DNA of 64,000 nucleotides from Candidatus Latescibacterota bacterium. GTDB lineage: Bacteria > Latescibacterota > UBA2968 > UBA8231. Positions 18,941 to 27,026 of this stretch are shown here, piece after piece. A model generated the notes under the pieces. The model worked only from the letters and a program-made list of their open reading frames with translations, did no database searches and was not told the origin of the DNA. The stretch covers positions 544,001-608,000 of the forward strand of contig CBDAOB010000005.1 in NCBI GenBank assembly GCA_965197905.1, in the 5' to 3' direction. Every line of letters begins with the position of its first letter. Within the stretch, counting starts at the first letter, position 1. A program made the translations under genes and the position numbers.

Positions 18941-20386
18941 ATGATCGAACGTTCCAAAGAGCTGTTCCTGGATTGGTTCGCCATATGGCCCGGTGCCACC
19001 GGGTACGACGCCGACGGAACCGCGTTCATCAGCGAGGCACCCAGTGGGGTAGAGCTTGCTGTGCAGCCGGCTACGATAACGGAACCGGTGATGACCGCCG
19101 ACAAACCGTGGGAAGGCAACTTCCTGTCCTCATCGACGGTACTGGTAGAGGACGGCAAGTACCGGCTCTGGTATGGCGCCGCCTGCGGCACTTGCTATGC
19201 CGAGAGTGCCGACGGGTTCAACTGGGAGAAACCGGTGCTGAATATCCAGGAGCACGACGGCTCCACCGCAAACAACGCGGTCTACACCCGCAACGTCGCC
19301 GGCAACGTGTTTCGCGATCCCAGCGCCCCCGACTCCGAGCGTTATAAGCTGGTGGATCTGGAGGCGTCGTGGGTGCACGAAGGCAAAGACATCCCCGAGC
19401 AGGAGGCTCTGCGGCTTCGGGAAGAGCTGATGAAGGTCACGGCGACGCAGGAGGAGCTCGCCGCAAAGCTTTCCATACGTGGTGCCGTGCACGGCGCGGT
19501 CTCACCCGATGGTCTGCACTGGGAAACAATCAAGGAACCGCTGTTCGTGAAGTTCTGCGACACCCAGAACGTGGTCTATTACGATCCCGAACGAAAAAAG
19601 TATATCGGCTACTGGCGTGATAGCGCCGGTCGGCGCCGCAGCATCGCGCGCTCGGAAACGGATGACTTCCGCAGCTGGCCCCAGCCGGATCTGATCTTTG
19701 CTCCGGACAGCCAGGATGCCCCCACCGACGACTACTACACCAACTGCTACTCCCGCTACCCCGGCAAGGACGACCTGCATCTCATGTTCCCCGCCATTTA
19801 CCGGCGGGTGCGCGACACCGTGGAGGTGCAGATAGCGGTCAGCCGGGACGAGCACAACTGGTCGTGGCCTTCGCGCACACCGGTTATTACTGACGCACCC
19901 GAATATCCCGGAGGCATCTACCCGGGACCCGGACTCATACCGTTGGACGCAGACCAGTGGGGTCTTATCTGCCCCTGCGAAGAGTCGCTGCACAACCTCG
20001 GATATTACATCGAACCCGCACCGACCCGAGGCCAGCTGCGCTGGGCGGTGTGGCAGCGGGATCGCCTGGTCGCCCTGAAAGCTCAAGAAAGCGGAGAGTT
20101 TACCACCAACAAACTGGAATGCAGTGGCGCGTCGCTGATCCTCAACTACCGGACCTCGCCCAACGGCTGGATTCGCGTGGCGCTCATCGAACCCACCTTG
20201 TGGCCGCCGGCCAGACTGAACCCGATGGACGGCTACGGGTTCGAGGATTGCGAGGCGCTCCGCGGTGATAGCCTGGAATCCGAGGTGCAGTGGAAGGGGA
20301 GCGCGGATCTGTCCTTTCTGAAGGGGAAGGAGATCTGCCTGCGCATCGAGCTGTGCCAGGCGGAGCTGTTCTCGCTGGCATTGTAG
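18941..20386 (+). CDS. GH32/GH43-like beta-propeller protein, paralogue 3 of 10 (close duplicate of 17452-18900)
   Basis: Near-colinear with the preceding ORF (KELFLDW, WPGATGYD, FCDTQNVV, SAGRRRSIARSETDDF, TSPNGWIRV, IEPTLWPPARL). Confidence 0.75.
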   Translation: MIERSKELFLDWFAIWPGATGYDADGTAFISEAPSGVELAVQPATITEPVMTADKPWEGNFLSSSTVLVEDGKYRLWYGAACGTCYAESADGFNWEKPVLNIQEHDGSTANNAVYTRNVAGNVFRDPSAPDSERYKLVDLEASWVHEGKDIPEQEALRLREELMKVTATQEELAAKLSIRGAVHGAVSPDGLHWETIKEPLFVKFCDTQNVVYYDPERKKYIGYWRDSAGRRRSIARSETDDFRSWPQPDLIFAPDSQDAPTDDYYTNCYSRYPGKDDLHLMFPAIYRRVRDTVEVQIAVSRDEHNWSWPSRTPVITDAPEYPGGIYPGPGLIPLDADQWGLICPCEESLHNLGYYIEPAPTRGQLRWAVWQRDRLVALKAQESGEFTTNKLECSGASLILNYRTSPNGWIRVALIEPTLWPPARLNPMDGYGFEDCEALRGDSLESEVQWKGSADLSFLKGKEICLRIELCQAELFSLAL

Positions 20387-20543
20387 GTTCGAAATCGGCC
20401 GGGGGGTTTTGACATCGGGTTCCGGGACCCGCGCAACTTCGATTCCCTCACCTTCTTCGTGTGCACAATCGTAAATTTCACCGTGTTCGGCCGCGTGCTC
20501 CGACCGGCCTTCGTTATGCCGACACAGCAACGAAGGTACCTTG

Positions 20544-20561
20544 ACCTACAATGTTGTAGGT
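20544..20561. promoter_or_regulatory. perfect dyad ACCTACAA-TG-TTGTAGGT overlapping a TTGACC -35 hexamer (candidate operator)
   Basis: 8-bp perfect inverted repeat with 2-nt spacer, about 60 nt upstream of the SGNH-uxuA-like genes. TTGACC at 20541-20546. Confidence 0.5.
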
Positions 20562-20623
20562 TGCGTAATTCTGCATTCTCATCTTCGTAGGCGCAGCACA
20601 GCGAAGGGGCAAAGACAACTGCT

Positions 20624-21211
20624 ATGAAACGGATCGTATGCATCGGCGACTCTATTCGCGGGGGGTACCAAGCGATAGTTACCGACGAGCTTGCCGGATG
20701 GGGCGAGATCCTCGGGATAGGGGATCAACAGGGAGGGCACACCCGAAACGTCCTGGAGCACTTGAGAGAATGGGCGGTACAAAACAAGCCGGATATCGTG
20801 CACATCAACGCCGGCCTGCACGACATGGCAAGAGACCCCGGACCCGGTCCTGAGAACAGGGTGGCGCTAGACAAGTACGGCAAGAACCTGCGCCAGATCT
20901 TTACGATTATTCGCGACGAAACCGATGCCCTTGTTCTGTTTGCTTTGACGACGCCCGTGGATCTGGCGCGACAGCATGCGGTCGAGTACGGATGTAACCG
21001 GACCACAGAGGACGTCAACGCATACAACGCGGCGGCACGTTCGGCGGCGGCGGACTTCGACGTTCCCGTCATCGATCTGCACCAGGTGGTTGTGGATAAC
21101 GACGTTGGCACCATGCTGGGCGAGGACGGCGTTCATTTCACCGAAGCGGCGTCCGCCATTCTCGGCAAGGCGGTGGCCGACTTCATACGAACCGAAGGAG
21201 ATTCAGCATGA
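20624..21211 (+). CDS. SGNH/GDSL hydrolase (esterase)
   Basis: GDS block I, NAGLHD block III, DGVHF block V. Confidence 0.88.
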   Translation: MKRIVCIGDSIRGGYQAIVTDELAGWGEILGIGDQQGGHTRNVLEHLREWAVQNKPDIVHINAGLHDMARDPGPGPENRVALDKYGKNLRQIFTIIRDETDALVLFALTTPVDLARQHAVEYGCNRTTEDVNAYNAAARSAAADFDVPVIDLHQVVVDNDVGTMLGEDGVHFTEAASAILGKAVADFIRTEGDSA

Positions 21212-22227
21212 GAATAGGAGCCTTTCTGGGCGCTCACAGCGACACCTTTCTTCAATTTTGTCAACAGTACGGGGTTACCGACATCGTCGGCGGGTTTTAC
21301 TCCATGGCCGACTACACGCGTAAGTTTCCACCGGATGCAGGTGACAAGCCCGGATCCCATTGGGACTACCTGGAACTGGTGCAATTGCGCGAGCGTGTCG
21401 AGGCGTTCGGACTCACTCTGGCGAGCATGGAGAATCCCCATCCGAGCTGGTGTTTCGATCACGTGATGCTGGGATTGCCCGGAAGGGACCAACAGCTGGA
21501 GAATCTGTTCATCACGATTCGCAACATGGGACGCGCGGGCATTCCCTATGTCGGATACAACTGGATGGTCAATCCAGCCAGGCTTTGGCGTTTTTCGACA
21601 CGCACCTCAACGAACTACCCGGCGCGAGGCGGAGCGCATTCCGATCTGCTGGATATGGCGGAGGTGGACAAGGCGCCCCTCTTTCGCGAGCGCGAGTATA
21701 CGGCCGCAGAGATGTGGGAGAACTACGAATACTTCGTGCGCGCGATCATTCCGGTGCTGGAGGAATCCAATGTGCGCATGGGACTTCACCCCGACGACCC
21801 ACCGACACCAAAGGTCGGCGGCATCGCGCGGATCTTTCACAGTCCGGACGGTTACCAGCGCGCCATGGACCTGGCAGGCAGCCCGGTGAGCGCGGTGAAT
21901 TTCTGTCTGGGAAACTGGACCGCCATGGGCACTGACATTCCTGCTTCGATCCGGCAGTTCGGCGAGCGCGGCCAGATCCTCTATGGACACGCACAGGGTG
22001 TGCAGGGTACCGTCCCACGATTCAACGAGTGTTTCCTCGATCAATCCGACTGCGACTACTTCGAAATCGTGCGCACCTTCGACGAGATCGGCCTCGACAC
22101 CTTTCTCGCCGTCGCCCACCTGCCTCGCACCGTCAATGACGGCCCCCCACAGCTTCAGGGACATGGCTTCGCGATAGGATTCATGGCCGGCATTATCAGG
22201 GCGGCACAAAACGCCAACGGCCGGTGA
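21208..22227 (+). CDS. uxuA: mannonate dehydratase (UxuA) family protein
   Basis: MLGLPGRDQQLE, IRNMGRAGIP..GYNWM, MWENYEYF, LHPDDPP, FCLG, FNECFLD. ATGA overlap with the SGNH gene. The usual PDH motif reads AHLP, so specificity is uncertain. Confidence 0.75.
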   Translation: MRIGAFLGAHSDTFLQFCQQYGVTDIVGGFYSMADYTRKFPPDAGDKPGSHWDYLELVQLRERVEAFGLTLASMENPHPSWCFDHVMLGLPGRDQQLENLFITIRNMGRAGIPYVGYNWMVNPARLWRFSTRTSTNYPARGGAHSDLLDMAEVDKAPLFREREYTAAEMWENYEYFVRAIIPVLEESNVRMGLHPDDPPTPKVGGIARIFHSPDGYQRAMDLAGSPVSAVNFCLGNWTAMGTDIPASIRQFGERGQILYGHAQGVQGTVPRFNECFLDQSDCDYFEIVRTFDEIGLDTFLAVAHLPRTVNDGPPQLQGHGFAIGFMAGIIRAAQNANGR

Positions 22228-22336
22228 AAATGGCGTTGCTGCCAAAGTCATCCTTCACGCCGACAGCCAGTCCGCAGCTTGCCGCATCAAAGCGGGTCCA
22301 CGGACGGAGCACAACCACAGCGAATGGAGATTTGCC

Positions 22337-23834
22337 ATGATCGTAGAAAACGGCGGACCACCCACCGATTTGGACGAAGCAGTTCTATTTCCGTTCGACA
22401 GCCGCACCATCCCTCTGCGGTATCTGCTGCAACCGGGTCTGGTGCCGGCAACCAACCCGTACAGACCACACCCCAAGGTGCTCGAGCCGGGTGGTCCCGA
22501 AGCCCCCGATCACGTGGCCGTAAAATTCTACGGCACGGTGATCCGCATTGGCGACGAGTTGCGCATGTGGTACATCGGCACGGGCGAGGAAGATGGAAAA
22601 AAACGGGGACCACATATCTGTTACGCCGTAAGCAAGGATGGAATCAACTGGGAAAAACCGGAGCTGGGCTTGGTCGAATTCAACGGCAACACACGAAACA
22701 ACCTGGTGGAATTCGACAGCCCCCATCGCGAGTCGATCTGGCGCCCTTCTGGTGCTGCACGATCCGGAGGATGCCGATCCCGGACGCCGCTTCAAGCTGA
22801 TCAATGAGGTCCATCCGTTCCTCAATATCGCGGCCTTCAGCCCCGACGGTTTCGTCTGGAAGGAATCACCGAACAATCCGATCCTCAAACACAACGCCAT
22901 CGAACCGGGCGGCCTGATGAGGTTCAACGGCTGTTATTACATGACCGGGCAGGGGGGTAACGTCGGTTCCAAGCGAGCGTTGGTAACCTACATGTCCTAC
23001 GACTTCGACCACTGGACCGACGCGGTTGCCATCGGTCTGCGGCGCGACGTTCCTCCCTACAAACAGATTCCCGGCTGTCATGCAGGCGAACAGGTTCATC
23101 TGGGGGCCAGCTTGTGGAACCGCGGTAACGTGGTGATCGGATTCTACGGCGCCTGGCATGGAGAGAGCAACGATCGCGGCTTCGTGTCGATGGATCTCGG
23201 GCTTGTGGTCAGCAACGACGGTCTCCAGTTCGTGGAGCCGATTCCCGATTTTCAGATCGTTTCCGCTTACGAAATCGACCGCCGCTACCCGGCACACCCC
23301 CAACCTTGCCTCGAGCAGGGACAGGGTTTCGAGAACATAGGCGACGAGACCTTGATCTGGTACGCGCCGTGGCGTGGCGGATTTATCTGCGTCGCCCGCT
23401 GGCCACGCGATCGGCTAGGATATTTCGAGGTGGTTACCGACCCCAAGCCGGCACTGCTGATGGCGGAGGACACCCACTCCATGTTCTGGCGCGAGCATGT
23501 GGGAGATATGGTGCCCGAAAAGACGGACCCTCACTTCATCACCTGTCCCATTCGGTTGAACGGCAAAGCCACACGCGCGTTCCTGAACGCCGACGGGTTG
23601 TCCGCAGAGGCGCAGCTCCGGGTTGAAGTGCTGGATCTGCAGTTCAAGCCGATCGACGGGCTTTCGGGAGCGTCATGTATCCCCGTTACCAAACCTGGTC
23701 TGCGGCAGGAGGTTGGGTGGAAGGACGAAGATCGATTGCACGATCTGGCGGATCCGGTGCGCCTGAAAATCACCTGGGAAGGACCGCGGCCGGATGACGT
23801 TCATCTCTACGCCACTTACCTGGAGACGGCCTGA
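22337..23834 (+). pseudogene. GH32-like beta-propeller protein, paralogue 4 of 10, split by a +1 frameshift near 22720-22740 (pseudogene or sequencing error)
   Basis: ORF 22337-22807 matches the N-terminus, and ORF 22638-23834 the remainder, of the intact paralogue 34718-36220 (MIV.NGGP, YAVSKDG..W.KP.LG, GEQVH.GASLWNRGNV). C5 run at 22720-22724. Confidence 0.8.
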
Positions 23835-23928
23835 TTTACAGTTACCATAGCGGCGAAACGGAGTCAGGGTATCCCCTCGGCGCAGCCCCCTGAACGGCCC
23901 TTGCGCGCTCCAGCACCGAAAAAATACT

Positions 23929-23957
23929 TTGAGATTCCCTGGTGCACTTGTTACATT
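23929..23957 (+). promoter_or_regulatory. sigma70-type promoter upstream of the barrel-gene triplet
   Basis: TTGAGA (23929-34), 17-nt spacer, TACATT (23952-57) with extended TGn, and an upstream A-tract, in an AT-rich intergenic region. Confidence 0.5.
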
Positions 23958-24019
23958 TCCATGATTATATATAAAAACCTCTATATAAGGCTTTTCGCAT
24001 CCTGTCGATATCGCGATAT

Positions 24020-27010
24020 GTGACCTATAAGATGTTTATCTACAAGCATATACTGTTAGTTCATGGAACGTTGATCGCGTTGTTGACGGCCCTGGCGGGG
24101 ACAAACCCTGCCCACGGCGCTTCCGTGCAGAGTGGCCGGGCGGCCGGCACCTCCGAGCTCGACGCGTCGCGCCCGTTTCTACGCTGGGAGCGACCCGGTT
24201 ACAACAACCTGGCGCTGCAGAATTTCTCCAACACCGCCAATCACACTGTACCGTACGACGACTCCCCACGCACCTACTACGGTCCGATGGGGGATTACCT
24301 CACGACGGGGTATGACCTCTACCTCTGGGAGGAGACCCGCACACCTGGCCAGGTCTACGGCAGCAGCATATTCAAGCCGAACGAGATGTACGATCATCCC
24401 TGGGAAAAGGTCTACAACGCCGCGGCGGTCTCAAGGGACGGTTACGGAGATTGGGGTTTTACGTTTGTCGCCGGTGATAATCTGATTGCCCGTTTGTCGC
24501 CCATGACCCTGTCCATGACCGACTTCAACGGCTTACGTTTCGATCTGGCCTTACCCAGATTCAAGATTTCCACCCTGGCGTCGAGAATCGAACGACCCCA
24601 TACCTATCAGGAAACGCCCACACTCTGGGCGATTCAAAAAACTCACTTTGCCGATGATTCGACCCTGCTTCTGGGAGGGAGGTTGCAGACGGATCTGGGA
24701 ATCGGCAACATCGGCATCAATCTGGCCAACTCCCACGTCTATCGCAGCACCCAGGATAACAACAGCCTCCGAGGAGTGTTGCGCCCGGATCAGCCGATTG
24801 CTGACTGGATAATCGTGCGTTTCTCCGACGACTCGCCCGACGACGACGTCGGTGGGGCTCATCTGCAGGATGTTCAGCTTATCATCAATGGGAATCCCCG
24901 CCCGGACATCGTGCCACTGGTGGTGAGCAATCCCGCCGGCATTCGGCCGCAGGTGGGCACGGTCTCTGCCGCCACCGGCCGTTTCCGCGCCGTCGACTAT
25001 ACGTCGTTCAACGGCCATCGTCGTTACTATCGCGGTCGCGACGAGGTGCCCCTCTTCTCCGATTACCTGGTGCGCCGCGACCACGAGTTGGGCGAAGATA
25101 TCAGCAAAGTCTCCAATATCGATGGTCTCCTGGCGAATTTTCAGATCGAATCTCCCGCCTCTGCGCTACAGGCGGATGGCGACAAGGAAATCGCTTTCCT
25201 GTACGACGTGAGCCAGGAACCGAACATGGAGTCGGTGGAGTTCGAGGTGCTGGTGGGAAACGACTACAAGGTGGACGTATCGATGCTATACGAGATAAAT
25301 ACGAGGGGAAGGACCTACCACGCCCGCTATAGAGCCACCTTCTACAAAACCGTGCTGCGCTCGCGGGACAACGTGCGGGATCTGACAAATCTGAAGCGCA
25401 GGCGTTTTCACTTGGGGGAAGAGACCGGCATCTTCACCTACAGTGCCGACCTGAAACTGGCCTTGCCGGGGCTCGAGCTCAACGCGGAGTACGCCCGGTC
25501 CGCGCTCTTCACGCGTTTTCCGGCACATGAGGCGCGTGCGCTCACTCCCAATGCGAGCCCCCGGTTTTCAGTGAAGGACGATGCCTATTTCGTCAACGCC
25601 ACTCACTGGTTCGAGGGCGGCCGCCTGGGAGCGGAACTGTTTTCCATCAATCCGGAGTTCACCACCTCGTACCGGACCTACTTGAACGAGGAGAAAGCGG
25701 GAACTGGATTTCTCCACACCAATCTGCACGGCATGCTCAACGAAACGGTCTACTGGGACCTGGTCGAGGACAACGACGACGGCGACCGCTTCCCCGACCG
25801 CCGGATCGGTAACATCGTCGGGTTCACCAACGACAGTCGCGACTGGGATCTCGATGGCGTGAATCTGGCTAGAGATGAGGACAACGACGGTTTCCCCGAT
25901 ACTAACCGCGACGGGGACGGTATTCCTGATTACGAAGAGCCATTCCTGATGTACGACGTGGAGCCCAACATCTATTTCTACGGCCTGGACCGGAACAACA
26001 ACGACGAGCCGGACCGCCGCGAGGACGATGGTCAGGTGGATTATCCGTACGATCCCGACCAACAGGGATACCACCTCTTTGCCCAGTTCGACCTGACACC
26101 CCGGCTCTCGTTAACGGCGGGTCGCTTCTCCGTGGACGAGATCGCGGGCACGGGCCGCAATCAGAGCACCTACGCTTTGCTAACCCTCGATATCCGCGGC
26201 ATCGGCGGGCGTCGCCTTTTCTTCCTCGAGAACAACCTTCGCCGCGTTCGCGACGATATCCGAGACGAATTCGTGACCCTGAGTGAGACCCCGATTCGCC
26301 ACTTGGATTTCAGCTTCCGCGGCCTGAGTGACAACAGCAGTGTAGCTTCGGCGCAACTGTTCGACAAACCGCCCCTGTTTCAGAGCCTTTTCGTTCCCGA
26401 CATCCTTCAGTACCAGGATAGCTACGTCAACGAAACCTACGCGGACCTGAGCCTGAGTCCGTTTTCGACCTTCAAGGTCGATCAGACGCTGCGAGCGCGG
26501 TTCAACTGGCAGCAGGGGGGGGAGCTCTACAACAAAACCTTCCAGCAGGAGCGGCGATTGGACTTCTGGACTTCGGTGTCGCGCGTGGAGTACACCCGGA
26601 GCTGGCGCGGGTTGAGGATTACGCCCCAGTACAAATTCATGCTGCTGCGACTGCGTGACCAGGAGCGCGGCACAAATATGCTGTCGGAGATCCGCTCCAT
26701 CCCGATCCTGCGGTTGGAGTACCAGCTCATGTCGAGGTCATCTCTGCGGGCCGGCTTTCAAGGGATCGGTCCGTTTCCGTATCGTTTAACTGACGACACC
26801 GCCGATCGCAACAGTTACGAGCAGCGCACCGCCTTCGTGACCATTACCAATCGCAGCGGTTATTTTGGCTACGAGCTGGTGACGATCATAGGACTGAACA
26901 GTGACCAGCGAGAGTACGATACCAAATTCCAGGATGTACGCGACTTTGACAGTATGTCACTTTTCGTGCGCGCCCTGGTGGGATTTTCCGATTACGGCCG
27001 CCCCATATGA
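24020..27010 (+). CDS. ~995-aa secreted protein of unknown function, paralogue 3 of 5
   Basis: Signal peptide ending PAHG-A. Same conserved blocks and Ca cluster (EDNDDGDRFPD, DEDNDGFPDTNRDGDGIPD). C-term GFSDYGRPI. Start GTG 24020 or ATG 24032. Confidence 0.85.
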   Translation: MTYKMFIYKHILLVHGTLIALLTALAGTNPAHGASVQSGRAAGTSELDASRPFLRWERPGYNNLALQNFSNTANHTVPYDDSPRTYYGPMGDYLTTGYDLYLWEETRTPGQVYGSSIFKPNEMYDHPWEKVYNAAAVSRDGYGDWGFTFVAGDNLIARLSPMTLSMTDFNGLRFDLALPRFKISTLASRIERPHTYQETPTLWAIQKTHFADDSTLLLGGRLQTDLGIGNIGINLANSHVYRSTQDNNSLRGVLRPDQPIADWIIVRFSDDSPDDDVGGAHLQDVQLIINGNPRPDIVPLVVSNPAGIRPQVGTVSAATGRFRAVDYTSFNGHRRYYRGRDEVPLFSDYLVRRDHELGEDISKVSNIDGLLANFQIESPASALQADGDKEIAFLYDVSQEPNMESVEFEVLVGNDYKVDVSMLYEINTRGRTYHARYRATFYKTVLRSRDNVRDLTNLKRRRFHLGEETGIFTYSADLKLALPGLELNAEYARSALFTRFPAHEARALTPNASPRFSVKDDAYFVNATHWFEGGRLGAELFSINPEFTTSYRTYLNEEKAGTGFLHTNLHGMLNETVYWDLVEDNDDGDRFPDRRIGNIVGFTNDSRDWDLDGVNLARDEDNDGFPDTNRDGDGIPDYEEPFLMYDVEPNIYFYGLDRNNNDEPDRREDDGQVDYPYDPDQQGYHLFAQFDLTPRLSLTAGRFSVDEIAGTGRNQSTYALLTLDIRGIGGRRLFFLENNLRRVRDDIRDEFVTLSETPIRHLDFSFRGLSDNSSVASAQLFDKPPLFQSLFVPDILQYQDSYVNETYADLSLSPFSTFKVDQTLRARFNWQQGGELYNKTFQQERRLDFWTSVSRVEYTRSWRGLRITPQYKFMLLRLRDQERGTNMLSEIRSIPILRLEYQLMSRSSLRAGFQGIGPFPYRLTDDTADRNSYEQRTAFVTITNRSGYFGYELVTIIGLNSDQREYDTKFQDVRDFDSMSLFVRALVGFSDYGRPI

Positions 27011-27026
27011 CCCCGAGGTCTCTATT

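Noticed and set aside
20384..20400. GGTTCGAAATC resembling a tRNA T-loop
   Set aside because: No cloverleaf or acceptor stem can be formed, and it overlaps a stop codon.
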